Below are positions 8,800 to 18,306 of a stretch of DNA of 64,000 nt, in pieces. Source of the DNA: a phage; the NCBI GenBank assembly GCA_018175075.1, contig GCA_018175075.1_4100.1. One strand, given 5' to 3'. The notes beneath the pieces were generated by a model that was given only the letters and a program-made list of their open reading frames with translations, was not told the origin of the DNA and made no database searches. Each line of letters opens with the position of its first letter. Positions within the stretch are counted from its first letter, which is position 1. The position numbers and the translations under genes are program-made.

Positions 8800-10059
8800 A
8801 TGCCACAAGATAATGGGGATATGAAACATCGTAATGGTGGACTAGTACAACACTCGGATAAATGGGCCGACCGAAATCGTCGCAAAAATAGTTATCAAGC
8901 AGGACAAGGTTCACGTGGTTCCAGAAACCAAGGAACGGGACTTGCTGGTAAGGCAAACGCAGAAGCAGGTGAAGTTAAGAGTACTGAGAACATGACTGAG
9001 CTAGAAAAGCTACGTTATGTTAATTCATTGGGACTTCTTAATGCTACACAAAAACAACGTCTAGCTGATATGGAACGTGAAGAAAAAGAAAAGTCTGCTC
9101 CTGCGAAAGAAGAACCAAAACAAGAAGCACCAAAGGCGGTTAACCCTGTCAAAGAACTGTCTGATAAGTTAGGTAAGATTTTTGCTAATAAACCACAACT
9201 TATCCAAGGTATTGTGAAAGAATTGCAATCTGTACCTAAAGAAGAATTAAAAGTCAAAGCACAAGCTGTACTTGATGCAATGAGTGGAAATACCAGTACT
9301 GAACCAACTGAAGTATTCAGTACTATAATGCGTGCACTTGAAGGTACGCAACAAGGTGATGTGCCTGCACAAGAGGAAGTAAGTCTTGAAAGCGTACTTA
9401 AAACATTTGATAGTATTGGTAAAGAAGACCGTGCTAATGCTCAACAAGTTAAGAATGTACTAGCTAAGTTAGAAAACCGTCTGGAAGGTAAAGACGATAA
9501 GATTAAATTAGTATCTGATGCAGTTAACGATGCACTTAAATCTTATGTACAAGGTGAAAAGAGTCGTTTTGTAACTGCAATGGATGCTGCATTCAATACT
9601 ATGAAAAAGTATGAAGCTGATCATGGTGAGAAGGTTACACGAGATGGTTATCTGATGCGTGATGATGAAGAAGGTGCAGTAGAACAGAATGATGTTCATT
9701 CAGACGAAGAAATTGATGACATGGAAGCTGAACTGTCACAAGACCGCCAAATGACTGAAAAATCCCATAACGAACTACAGAAATTAATGCAATGGGTTGC
9801 AGATGTTGGTGAAAAAGCTGGTGCTGATAAGAAGAGTATAAACCGAAATCTTAGTTGGATTAAAGATAAAGTTGGTAACAACGCTCGTAAACTACAAAAA
9901 GCGTGGACTGATGTAGTGAATGGTGCTGTTGACATTGATGTTGAATCCGGTGAGGCATATGATTATGCATTGACTACACTTGATGACTCTTTCCGTGATT
10001 ACGAAAATGGAAATGTAACTCCTTGGGAAAAGGATATCATGAGCAAATACGGTAAATGA
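8800..10059 (+). CDS. hypothetical acidic protein, 419 aa
   Basis: long ORF with AGAGGA RBS; Glu/Lys-rich. Confidence 0.55.
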   Translation: MPQDNGDMKHRNGGLVQHSDKWADRNRRKNSYQAGQGSRGSRNQGTGLAGKANAEAGEVKSTENMTELEKLRYVNSLGLLNATQKQRLADMEREEKEKSAPAKEEPKQEAPKAVNPVKELSDKLGKIFANKPQLIQGIVKELQSVPKEELKVKAQAVLDAMSGNTSTEPTEVFSTIMRALEGTQQGDVPAQEEVSLESVLKTFDSIGKEDRANAQQVKNVLAKLENRLEGKDDKIKLVSDAVNDALKSYVQGEKSRFVTAMDAAFNTMKKYEADHGEKVTRDGYLMRDDEEGAVEQNDVHSDEEIDDMEAELSQDRQMTEKSHNELQKLMQWVADVGEKAGADKKSINRNLSWIKDKVGNNARKLQKAWTDVVNGAVDIDVESGEAYDYALTTLDDSFRDYENGNVTPWEKDIMSKYGK

Positions 10060-10069
10060 TAAAACAAAA

Positions 10070-10096
10070 GGTTGACTTCGGTCAGCCTTTTTTTTG
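10070..10096 (+). terminator. rho-independent terminator
   Basis: GGTTGAC-TTCG-GTCAGCC hairpin then T9. Confidence 0.7.
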
Positions 10097-10131
10097 TAAA
10101 TACAAAAGAGGAATTAAGAAGAGGGATTACA

Positions 10132-10383
10132 ATGAAAAAATATATTATATTTGGAATTGTATTATTTTCCAGTACTGCTTATGGTGCAGATTATCATTGC
10201 TCCGTAGCAAGGCAGGATTTCAGAAATGGGGAGTTCTATACTACCTCATACACAAAAGGAATAATACACGACACCGACAGAACTATTGGATTTAATGTGT
10301 TTGACAACAAAGATTCATATACTTCAGGTATACTATCTGAGCATAAGACTGATGTAATGGGAATAGAAAAAGAGTTCCGGTGA
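10132..10383 (+). CDS. secreted small protein (signal peptide), 83 aa
   Basis: ATG with AGAGGGA RBS; signal peptide. Confidence 0.5.
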   Translation: MKKYIIFGIVLFSSTAYGADYHCSVARQDFRNGEFYTTSYTKGIIHDTDRTIGFNVFDNKDSYTSGILSEHKTDVMGIEKEFR

Positions 10384-10393
10384 TTCAGTAGTA

Positions 10394-10717
10394 ATGTGCA
10401 ATGACATTGAAAGTACTAAAACAATTTATTATAATAATGAACGTAACTATCGTTTTCATAATTTAACCACAAATAAAAGTTTACTATTTTACAATTGTAA
10501 AGAAGTAATACTCCCATCAGACAATAGCTGTACTCCAACTAATCAACCCCCAGCACAATGTAATACTCCCTCTGAACCTGATAAAAATAAAAAAGACAAA
10601 GATAAAGATAAAAAAGAAGACAAAAAACCTTTAAAAGATAAAAAGAAAGATAAAAAACCTAATCCGTTTAAAAATAATAAACCAGCACAACCCGATATGA
10701 CATGTAAAATAAAATAA
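10394..10717 (+). CDS. hypothetical protein with KDK-repeat low-complexity tail, 107 aa
   Basis: ORF with weak RBS; Lys/Asp repeats. Confidence 0.35.
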   Translation: MCNDIESTKTIYYNNERNYRFHNLTTNKSLLFYNCKEVILPSDNSCTPTNQPPAQCNTPSEPDKNKKDKDKDKKEDKKPLKDKKKDKKPNPFKNNKPAQPDMTCKIK

Positions 10718-10726
10718 GGATATATA

Positions 10727-11146
10727 ATGAAAAAGATTTTTTTAAGTATTATTTTAGTACTTTTTAGTTTTAATGTATATGCAGCAGATGCTAAACAGGT
10801 TGCAAATACAGTAAAAGATGTTATAGTAGATAATGCTCCTACATTAGAGGAAATTGGGGTAAAAACTTGTGATATAGTAATATATAATTTAGTTAATGAT
10901 GAACGAGTTATGTTGAATACGTATGAACAAGTAGTCCCATTGGTTGAATCTGGTGATGCTTTTAGCTTTACATATAAAGTTAAATTAACAGGAGGGGTTG
11001 AAGTTAATCTTGACATTGATACCGCTTCAGTACTAAAAGATAAACTAGGATATGTGTTCAATCGTATTCGTGAAGAAGGTCATCTTAAGTATGTTTATGA
11101 AAGTAAAATACTAAAACGTGCAATAGTTATAGAAAACTGTAAATGA
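10727..11146 (+). CDS. secreted protein (signal peptide), 139 aa
   Basis: ATG with AAGGA RBS; signal peptide ending VYA/AD. Confidence 0.55.
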   Translation: MKKIFLSIILVLFSFNVYAADAKQVANTVKDVIVDNAPTLEEIGVKTCDIVIYNLVNDERVMLNTYEQVVPLVESGDAFSFTYKVKLTGGVEVNLDIDTASVLKDKLGYVFNRIREEGHLKYVYESKILKRAIVIENCK

Positions 11147-11154
11147 TAATAAAA

Positions 11155-11179
11155 GGGTTGACTTCGGTCAGCCTTTTTT
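11155..11179 (+). terminator. rho-independent terminator
   Basis: GGGTTGAC-TTCG-GTCAGCC hairpin then TTTTTT. Confidence 0.7.
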
Positions 11180-11215
11180 GTTATGATGTTGGTATTAACT
11201 ACAGAGGATAAAGTA

Positions 11216-11857
11216 ATGACTAAGCAAGACATATTCAAAACTTTAATTGACATTTTGCGTCCATCAAAAACTCGTTGTGCGATGGAGTTTGATATTCCTT
11301 ATGCTGAACGCGTAATCTTTCCACAAGTTAAAGCTGCTGGACTTACTTTGCTTGGAATGGGGATGTACTCTGTAGTAGTTGAACATAAAAACTATCATGG
11401 ACGTGCATTTAAAGTAACCACTTCACGCTGGGATGGTTTTCGTGCTTATGCAAAGTACTGCATTGAAAACGCAGGAACCAAGTTTCTTCCAGTGATCTAC
11501 AGTGCCAACGAACAAGGAAACTTTGGATGGTATGAGATGGACAAGTACTATCCTATAATTAAACAAAAAAATAATTATGATGACTTTGTTAGTACTAAAA
11601 TTGGAGATTTATATTCTTATGCACATGCTGGTCAGTACGCTACTTCAGTGAATGATATGCGTGGAAATTCTGAAGAGATTGCTATTGCAACGGTCGCTGC
11701 TAACATCATGAAAGAGTTTCACGGGCGTTTTGTACCAGACATTCATTCAAGTAATGTGATGATGGATAAAGATGGCAATGTATTCATTACTGATCCTCTT
11801 TCGTGTGATGTACGTAGAGAAATACCAGTTACTGAAGAAGATCCAGTTTTTTATTGA
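11216..11857 (+). CDS. putative atypical protein-kinase-like protein, 213 aa
   Basis: GAGGA RBS; catalytic-loop-like DIHSSNVMMDKDGNVFITD shared in pattern with products of 14993 and 56147. Confidence 0.4.
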   Translation: MTKQDIFKTLIDILRPSKTRCAMEFDIPYAERVIFPQVKAAGLTLLGMGMYSVVVEHKNYHGRAFKVTTSRWDGFRAYAKYCIENAGTKFLPVIYSANEQGNFGWYEMDKYYPIIKQKNNYDDFVSTKIGDLYSYAHAGQYATSVNDMRGNSEEIAIATVAANIMKEFHGRFVPDIHSSNVMMDKDGNVFITDPLSCDVRREIPVTEEDPVFY

Positions 11858-11918
11858 CAGAACTGATGTTCTGGTGTATTCTTAATAAACCATAAAAATT
11901 GCGGTAAAGGATAAAATC

Positions 11919-12200
11919 ATGCGTTCATTTGAAAACTTAATAGGTAAGCATCTTTTATCTGAAATTGATGCAGACGTTAAAGAATTATCCAAATCAAAAA
12001 GTTACATTCATTTGGATGAACTGTTTATTAAGTACGGTGAGATTGGTTTTAAGTCATTATTTGTTTTTACTATGAAAGTACATAGTTTAAAGTACTTCGA
12101 TTTGAGTTCTAAAGATGGTGAACCGAATCTATATTACATGTATTACCTTAAGAACAAAGATGAAGCTAATACATTACTCTCTGAATATATATTGGGGTAA
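11919..12200 (+). CDS. hypothetical protein, 93 aa
   Basis: ATG with AAAGGA RBS. Confidence 0.5.
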   Translation: MRSFENLIGKHLLSEIDADVKELSKSKSYIHLDELFIKYGEIGFKSLFVFTMKVHSLKYFDLSSKDGEPNLYYMYYLKNKDEANTLLSEYILG

Positions 12201-12202
12201 AA

Positions 12203-12541
12203 ATGGAACAATATTTTGAATTAATAAACAAAGTATCATTTTATGTAGTATCTTTGGTTTGGGTGTATTATATGTTTTGCTATATTATTGCATTCTTCCG
12301 ATATACTACTTTATATGAACGTATCTACTATGATGCCCCAATTTCATTCTTGATGTTTTGTGCATGTACGTGGGGAATATTAGAAGTACTGATATGTGGG
12401 TATAGTACTGATGAATTAAATCTGGTATCGGTGTTGACTGGGTTTTCATTTGTTGTTATGATAGCTGCCGTTCCAGTATGGTTGTTCTTTGGACTAGTTC
12501 ATCGCATTGATATATGGCGTTCTAATATCCCTGAAAAGTAA
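12203..12541 (+). CDS. small membrane protein, family A paralog
   Basis: hydrophobic; C-terminal R.N.PE(K/R) tail shared with next two genes. Confidence 0.55.
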   Translation: MEQYFELINKVSFYVVSLVWVYYMFCYIIAFFRYTTLYERIYYDAPISFLMFCACTWGILEVLICGYSTDELNLVSVLTGFSFVVMIAAVPVWLFFGLVHRIDIWRSNIPEK

Positions 12542-12544
12542 GGA

Positions 12545-12892
12545 TTGGAAATGATTTATTACACTAACATGTTTGCCTATGCTGTTGCTTGCATTTACAT
12601 TGTTTACTTCTTATTCGGTGGAGTACTGTGCTTCTTTAAGTACAAAACGTTGTTCAACCGAATGTACCCAAATCATCCAATTGTAGTTGTACTTTTGATT
12701 CTTTCAGTTTCTCAAATAATCGTTGAAACTACAATGGGTATCAGTAGTGTACATTATAGTTTTGGCACTATAGTAATTATTACTATGCTTATTGCATACA
12801 TTTTAGTACTTGGATATGGTATCTTTGGTAATATTGGTATGAAAATGTATCATCGAATTAAAACATTACGTGATAATCTACCGGAGCGTTGA
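12545..12892 (+). CDS. small membrane protein, family A paralog
   Basis: paralog of 12203 gene. Confidence 0.55.
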   Translation: MEMIYYTNMFAYAVACIYIVYFLFGGVLCFFKYKTLFNRMYPNHPIVVVLLILSVSQIIVETTMGISSVHYSFGTIVIITMLIAYILVLGYGIFGNIGMKMYHRIKTLRDNLPER

Positions 12893-12893
12893 T

Positions 12894-13238
12894 ATGTATA
12901 ATTTGAACCTAATCTCATATATTATAACAACACTGTTTACATTCTATGCCTTTGTTGGTATAATCCTACTGTACTTTAAATTTTATAAAGTGTTTAACCG
13001 TTTCTATCCTTCAATGGAGAATGAGTTTTTCTTTGTGTTGTACGTAGGTTACACATTAATGGCTACATGTTTCACTGTAGCCGATGGTGTCATCGGCATT
13101 AAAACTGATTCCCCAAATGGTAGTACGCTGGTTGCATTTATTCTTACTGGATTCCTTGCAACTTATATTGCCTTCATTACAACATGGTCAGTGGTTGAAT
13201 TTCTCTTGCGACTACGAAAGAATATGCCGAATCGATAG
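12894..13238 (+). CDS. small membrane protein, family A paralog
   Basis: paralog; ATG 1 nt after upstream stop. Confidence 0.5.
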   Translation: MYNLNLISYIITTLFTFYAFVGIILLYFKFYKVFNRFYPSMENEFFFVLYVGYTLMATCFTVADGVIGIKTDSPNGSTLVAFILTGFLATYIAFITTWSVVEFLLRLRKNMPNR

Positions 13239-13247
13239 GAGACATAT

Positions 13248-13502
13248 ATGTTTGCGTTGCGTAATAAAAACACTAAAGAATTATTATGTATTGATACCGT
13301 ATGGGATTGTGCGGGATCAACTACAGTTCTTGAAGAAGGAACTGGATATTGCGTGTTTGTTGTTCATGATAGGAATGAACTCGAATTATTACTTGCTGAG
13401 TTCAATGCTGGTGGTAATCCTAACAGTACTGAATACCCTGAGATTATCAATCCAGCACCACCAGGCTCTTATGAAATTCTACAACTGTGGGAGTTGAAGT
13501 AA
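13248..13502 (+). CDS. hypothetical protein, 84 aa
   Basis: ATG with AGGAGA RBS. Confidence 0.5.
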   Translation: MFALRNKNTKELLCIDTVWDCAGSTTVLEEGTGYCVFVVHDRNELELLLAEFNAGGNPNSTEYPEIINPAPPGSYEILQLWELK

Positions 13503-13882
13503 TGCGTCAAATGCACAAAGTAACCGAGCTAAACAAGCGTCTGGTTAAACAATCAATGTTCGAGGATAAAGAGTCTTATTATAACTTTAAACGTGCTGTA
13601 GAGGCTGCTATCCACATTCAGAAGCTTAAAGAACGTGGTTGTATTATTCTGGAAAATGGGTCGGAAGTTGTAACGGATGACTTTAGTGTAGCGTTTGATG
13701 TTTCACCTGACGGGACGCTATCAATGCCCCGCTTAGGAACTGGAAACATGACTGTTTGGGTTGGCTTCACTATGGGGAATGTACCTGGTACTGTGTACGT
13801 AGATGATGCGGAATTGAAAGACAGTTTCAAAAACTTATCTTATCTTGAACCACAATACGCACATGAAATGAATTTATTTTGA
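13502..13882 (+). CDS. hypothetical protein, 126 aa
   Basis: ATG overlapping upstream stop (TAATG). Confidence 0.5.
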   Translation: MRQMHKVTELNKRLVKQSMFEDKESYYNFKRAVEAAIHIQKLKERGCIILENGSEVVTDDFSVAFDVSPDGTLSMPRLGTGNMTVWVGFTMGNVPGTVYVDDAELKDSFKNLSYLEPQYAHEMNLF

Positions 13883-13883
13883 G

Positions 13884-13940
13884 TTGACAAACACATTCAG
13901 TACTGTATAATGCTTATCAAGGGGATGAACTTCTCATCCC
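13884..13940 (+). promoter_or_regulatory. sigma70-like promoter plus leader hairpin
   Basis: TTGACA, 16 nt, TATAAT, then GGGGATGA...TCATCCC hairpin. Confidence 0.55.
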
Positions 13941-13958
13941 TACAATCGAGGAACTACC

Positions 13959-14513
13959 ATGATTACTTTTAAGAAAACTGCTAACCACATCCATGAAATC
14001 TACATTAACGGTCACAAAGCTGGCCTTCTTCGTTTACTCGCCCATCATCCTGATGTTACCGTATCTGATAATGAACCTAAAGATTGGCGTGTATTTTTCT
14101 TTGGAAAGTACAGTGATTTTCAAGTATCAAACCTGAAGAACATTCGTTCAGTATGCACGTTAACTGAAATTAAAGAAAAGTTAGAAAAAGCATTGAAAAC
14201 TAATCCAGATGGTGTTCTTCCACCTGATAACTTTGTAGAGAAAGGTTATGCATTAGCTCATTTCAAAGATGGTACTATTCAATCTATCAGTACTGAATAT
14301 GAATATCAATGGACTGAGTACTTCACTTATGGATCGCGTAATACATTGATGGCTTCACGTAGTAAATTGGAAGAAGTACTGACTCGTATGAATGAACGCG
14401 AACGTCAATTTTATGACAAACCAGAAATGTGGAGTTCAACTTACATTGACCGTATTGACTATGTTATTATGACTCCAATCTTTGACACTGCTTACTATGA
14501 TTCTTTGAAATAA
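13959..14513 (+). CDS. hypothetical protein, 184 aa
   Basis: ATG with GAGGAA RBS. Confidence 0.55.
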   Translation: MITFKKTANHIHEIYINGHKAGLLRLLAHHPDVTVSDNEPKDWRVFFFGKYSDFQVSNLKNIRSVCTLTEIKEKLEKALKTNPDGVLPPDNFVEKGYALAHFKDGTIQSISTEYEYQWTEYFTYGSRNTLMASRSKLEEVLTRMNERERQFYDKPEMWSSTYIDRIDYVIMTPIFDTAYYDSLK

Positions 14514-14524
14514 GGATAACTTAT

Positions 14525-14701
14525 ATGAAACTACGTACTCGTAATCGACTGATGGATGCACTGTACCATGAACAGCTTTCACTGAATGAAGTGAAGCGAC
14601 AGTTAATGTACACATATCTGTTACCCGCTCGCATTGCAAAACAACGTGCTAAAGAATTGCTGAAAGAAGCAATCGAGTACTGGGAATCTGATTCGTACTA
14701 A
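14525..14701 (+). CDS. hypothetical small protein, 58 aa
   Basis: ATG with AAGGA RBS; below track size cutoff. Confidence 0.4.
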   Translation: MKLRTRNRLMDALYHEQLSLNEVKRQLMYTYLLPARIAKQRAKELLKEAIEYWESDSY

Positions 14702-14729
14702 TTGTCACGTTAATTAAGTGAGGCGATAA

Positions 14730-14981
14730 ATGAAAATTTTATTAGTTCTAATACTACTAATTGTTTTACCATTTACGTTAGTATCCCCTGAACTTGCATG
14801 GAATGTGTTTGTGTACTTACTATGTACTATTGTAGTAAATGGTATCTTGTTCTTAGTTCTATTCATAAATGGAATAGGACACGGTGGAGGATGGACCAGT
14901 ACTGCTGATATTGTACATAAAACCACTATGTCTTTATTTGTAGTGTGGAATTTATTCTGGACTTGGTTTGTGTTCTTCTAA
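14730..14981 (+). CDS. membrane protein, 83 aa
   Basis: GAGG RBS; hydrophobic. Confidence 0.5.
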   Translation: MKILLVLILLIVLPFTLVSPELAWNVFVYLLCTIVVNGILFLVLFINGIGHGGGWTSTADIVHKTTMSLFVVWNLFWTWFVFF

Positions 14982-14992
14982 TTAAAAAAAAT

Positions 14993-15364
14993 ATGAATAT
15001 AGATTTGAAAGGTGCAACACGAACTGTCATACTCATTGGGGAATATGCTATCAAGATTCCAACCTTTAAAAGTTGGAAGCTATTCTTAACAGGGATGATA
15101 GCTAACCTCAATGAATGTTCGTGGATGCAGTACTCCAAGCGTAGTAATAGTGGTATCTGCCCTACGTTGTGGTCATCATGTACTGGACTAGTAACTGTAC
15201 AGAAACGTTGTAAGCCAGTACAACATAGGGGTTTATTTTGGGTGGAGTTGTGTGCTTTAGCATTGGATTCAGAGTTAAGTACTGACTTCTTCTATTCAGA
15301 TGCGAAGCCAGAAAACTTTGGGTATCTGTGTGGTAAGTTGGTTAAACTTGATTATGGAGATTAA
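14993..15364 (+). CDS. putative small protein-kinase-like protein, 123 aa
   Basis: AIKIP (VAIK-like) and DAKPENFG...KLDYG (catalytic loop plus DFG-like); weak RBS. Confidence 0.4.
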   Translation: MNIDLKGATRTVILIGEYAIKIPTFKSWKLFLTGMIANLNECSWMQYSKRSNSGICPTLWSSCTGLVTVQKRCKPVQHRGLFWVELCALALDSELSTDFFYSDAKPENFGYLCGKLVKLDYGD

Positions 15365-15365
15365 T

Positions 15366-15635
15366 ATGTACGCACTGTATAATAAAGAAAAGAAACGATT
15401 TGCTAAGGTTGAAATTTCGATTGATACATTTGACATGTTGGAGTACTGTATTGTAACGGACTTATATGCTAACTTGTATTACGTTCTTGATGACGTATCA
15501 GTACTGCAACGATTGCTTGAGAATTCCAAAAGTCAATGCCAGGACATCCATGATGGTTCATCTTATGAAACACCTGAGTGTCCCCACGGGCAACTCGATG
15601 GGTATGAGATTGTTAAGTTGGGAATTGTTGAGTAA
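15366..15635 (+). CDS. hypothetical protein, 89 aa
   Basis: ATG with GGAGA RBS right after upstream stop. Confidence 0.45.
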   Translation: MYALYNKEKKRFAKVEISIDTFDMLEYCIVTDLYANLYYVLDDVSVLQRLLENSKSQCQDIHDGSSYETPECPHGQLDGYEIVKLGIVE

Positions 15636-15641
15636 AAGGTA

Positions 15642-15670
15642 TTGACACCGTACTCATTTAACTGTATTAT
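15642..15670 (+). promoter_or_regulatory. sigma70-like promoter
   Basis: TTGACA, 17 nt, TATTAT. Confidence 0.5.
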
Positions 15671-15700
15671 GTATGTACACCAACTAATGAGGAATCGGAA

Positions 15701-16060
15701 ATGGCATCTTTATCTGAAATCACTGAACTGAATCCACTGGTAATTAGTACTGTTCAACGCACCAAGACGTTTTACTTCCGTCCTGCTGATGGATGGAAAC
15801 GTGGAATGAATGGTGACTATCGAGTACTGGAAGATTCGCTCATCGAGCGTATCAACTCTGAACTACAGAAGTATGAAGGTGTTAAAGTTGTCCGTTCAAC
15901 TTCTCGTTATTTTGAGTACTACATTGAGTCTTCAACTGTAAATGAAAACTCATCATTCTCGGTGGATAACACTGATATTCTTCGCAATGCAGTTGGTTTG
16001 CTATGCAACATTGCAGAAGAAATGGGATTAACTATCACCACAATGAGTGAGTTAGAATAG
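15701..16060 (+). CDS. hypothetical protein, 119 aa
   Basis: ATG with GAGGAA RBS. Confidence 0.55.
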   Translation: MASLSEITELNPLVISTVQRTKTFYFRPADGWKRGMNGDYRVLEDSLIERINSELQKYEGVKVVRSTSRYFEYYIESSTVNENSSFSVDNTDILRNAVGLLCNIAEEMGLTITTMSELE

Positions 16061-16070
16061 AATAAAAAAA

Positions 16071-16095
16071 GGGTTGACTTAGGTCGGCCCTTTTG
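16071..16095 (+). terminator. rho-independent terminator
   Basis: GGGTTGAC...GTCGGCCC hairpin then TTTT. Confidence 0.65.
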
Positions 16096-16130
16096 CTATT
16101 ATATCTATATCGAAACGAAGGAGACAAACC

Positions 16131-16904
16131 ATGACCCGTCAAGAGAAAGCAATCCAAATCGAAAAAAACTTCAATAGCATGATGGCTGCACTGGAATGCC
16201 TTCTTGATACACAAGCTAACTCTATCAACTCTCTGATCGTATCAGGTAAAGGTGGTGTTGGTAAAACTTATAACGTTGACCAACGGTTGCAGAAAGCTGA
16301 TGATAACTTTGAAATCGACTACAAGAAAATCAGTGGTAAAGTAACTACTTTGGGTCTGTACGAAGCACTGTATCGTTCACGTCATGCCGCATCAGTACTG
16401 TTACTTGATGACGTTGATATCTTCTCTGACGAGACTAACATTGATTTGCTTAAAGCTGTGTTGGATACGTCAGAGAAGCGTGTAGTTTCTTACGCGACTT
16501 CTGCTAAGTACCTGGAACAGCAGGGTATCCCTAAGCAGTTTGAATTCCGTGGTAAAGTAATCTTTCTGACTAACAAAAACCTGTCACAGATTGCTAAAGG
16601 TAAAAGCAGCTTAGCACCACACATCGATGCACTGATCACTCGTAGTATCTTTGTTGACCTGCAACTGTTCACCAACGAAGAAGTGATGATTCACATTGAG
16701 AACATCATGAACAAAACTAACATCCTTGAAAACAATGGTGTTAACAAAAATGGTTGTAAAGCAATCCTGAATTGGATGCTGAACAACGAAGAACGTTTGC
16801 GTAGTCCATCACTGCGTATGCCAGTACTGATCGCTGGTTTGTATAATAAATTCCCATACGATTGGGAATCAATGGCAGAGAATATGTTCCTTGAGAAAAT
16901 TTAA
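16131..16904 (+). CDS. P-loop NTPase (Walker A/B ATPase), 257 aa
   Basis: Walker A SGKGGVGKT, Walker B VLLLDDVD; AAGGAG RBS; codon usage unlike neighbours. Confidence 0.65.
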   Translation: MTRQEKAIQIEKNFNSMMAALECLLDTQANSINSLIVSGKGGVGKTYNVDQRLQKADDNFEIDYKKISGKVTTLGLYEALYRSRHAASVLLLDDVDIFSDETNIDLLKAVLDTSEKRVVSYATSAKYLEQQGIPKQFEFRGKVIFLTNKNLSQIAKGKSSLAPHIDALITRSIFVDLQLFTNEEVMIHIENIMNKTNILENNGVNKNGCKAILNWMLNNEERLRSPSLRMPVLIAGLYNKFPYDWESMAENMFLEKI

Positions 16905-16913
16905 TTACATGTA

Positions 16914-16942
16914 TTGACAGTACTACACTATGGTAGTACTAT
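16914..16942 (+). promoter_or_regulatory. sigma70-like promoter
   Basis: TTGACA, 17 nt, TACTAT. Confidence 0.5.
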
Positions 16943-16971
16943 AACTTAATATTCACCACCGGAGATACGAT

Positions 16972-17310
16972 ATGCTTGAGTTTTTTAATTCAGATACAAT
17001 GATTAGTATTACTTTGATTTATCTGTTTGGTTTTTTCTTTTATCATGCACTGGTTGTAGTACTGTGGTATTTTAAAAAGAAAATTGTTTTTAAACTGTAT
17101 CCAGTAAGGAATTCATCACTAGTTCTTTACACACTAGTTCAAGGTTTGTTTGCAATTGTTGGTCTTATGGCACACTTAATTTATTGTGCCAATCCTCACT
17201 TGAACTCAATCTCACAATATATTGTATTCTTTGGGTTGTTCATTTGGTTAGTTGTATACTTAATCCATCTCATTATTCATGGTAGAGATAAAATTCGCGG
17301 AGACTTCTAA
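16972..17310 (+). CDS. small membrane protein, family B paralog
   Basis: first of seven coupled hydrophobic ORFs with basic C-termini. Confidence 0.5.
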   Translation: MLEFFNSDTMISITLIYLFGFFFYHALVVVLWYFKKKIVFKLYPVRNSSLVLYTLVQGLFAIVGLMAHLIYCANPHLNSISQYIVFFGLFIWLVVYLIHLIIHGRDKIRGDF

Positions 17311-17657
17311 TGTTTGAAGCTTATCTTGAGTTTTTAAGGAGTAGTTCAGTTGCACATTCACTTGCAGGGATTATTCTAACAACTTATGTATCATTTTGGG
17401 TAGTTATGTTTCTAGGATGGTATTTTAAACGACAATTCTATAAACGTAATGGTGAAGATTTTATGAATTCTGCCATTAATCAATCGTTGTTTGCATCAAC
17501 ATTGATTGCATGTATTGTAGCAACACTCACAGGAAAGGTACTACCAGCTTTTTCCGCAGTTTACGGCACACTTGGGATGATATGTTTAACTTTTATATTG
17601 ACCATTAAAATTTGTTGTGTTATGATTGAACTTCGAAATAAGATACCGGAGGAATGA
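17310..17657 (+). CDS. small membrane protein, family B paralog
   Basis: start overlaps upstream stop. Confidence 0.5.
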   Translation: MFEAYLEFLRSSSVAHSLAGIILTTYVSFWVVMFLGWYFKRQFYKRNGEDFMNSAINQSLFASTLIACIVATLTGKVLPAFSAVYGTLGMICLTFILTIKICCVMIELRNKIPEE

Positions 17658-17992
17658 TGGAGTACTTTATTGATTTACTGCCGTGGTATATGAAAGTTAG
17701 TACCATGTACTATATTATTAGTGCTGGATTCTACTTTCTGATGTGGTTCTTTAAACGACCAATTTCAGTATTCATCGCTGATAACATGCTGCAATTAAAA
17801 TTACACGCATGGTTTGGTATGGCGATGATTATGCCTATTATTCACTACTCAATGATTAGTAGAGGTTTCCGTTCTAATGGTGAACCAATTGTATTAGTAT
17901 TCTATTGGGGTTCAACTATTGCATATGTAAGTTTGTTGTTGTTCCCAGTCGTTCATAAGTTACGTGCTAAAGTTCCTGATGCGAGGTACTAA
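17654..17992 (+). CDS. small membrane protein, family B paralog
   Basis: ATGA overlap. Confidence 0.5.
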   Translation: MMEYFIDLLPWYMKVSTMYYIISAGFYFLMWFFKRPISVFIADNMLQLKLHAWFGMAMIMPIIHYSMISRGFRSNGEPIVLVFYWGSTIAYVSLLLFPVVHKLRAKVPDARY

Positions 17993-18306
17993 TGGATATA
18001 GTAACATTGATTTACACGTTGTATTCATTCTATTTCATTATGTGTTGGGTTGGATTTTTATTTGTACTCAAGATGTTTGATTATGTTGAAAAACAGATAA
18101 AAGAATTTTGTATTCCTTTTATCGGTTCAACCATTATTAGTGTTTCTTGTGTGTATTTTTTGGTTTTTGATCCACCAGATAACACTGCAATGATTGACTT
18201 GATGTTACTACCAACAACTGTTACTTTTTTATGTAGTCTGATGCCGCCGATTAGCCGTGGACTAACAGAATTTAGACGCAATCAAAAGCGTAAACGAGGG
18301 ATGTAA
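17992..18306 (+). CDS. small membrane protein, family B paralog
   Basis: start overlaps upstream stop. Confidence 0.5.
   Translation: MDIVTLIYTLYSFYFIMCWVGFLFVLKMFDYVEKQIKEFCIPFIGSTIISVSCVYFLVFDPPDNTAMIDLMLLPTTVTFLCSLMPPISRGLTEFRRNQKRKRGM

Noticed and set aside
10056-10295. Track ORFs 10056-10295 and 10072-10383 starting upstream of 10132
   Set aside because: Both would have to read through the rho-independent terminator at 10070-10096; the RBS-preceded ATG at 10132 gives a signal-peptide protein.
13084-13497. ORF 13084-13497 (137 aa) overlapping two annotated genes
   Set aside because: Non-ATG start, out of frame within the family A membrane gene and the 13248 gene, no RBS.
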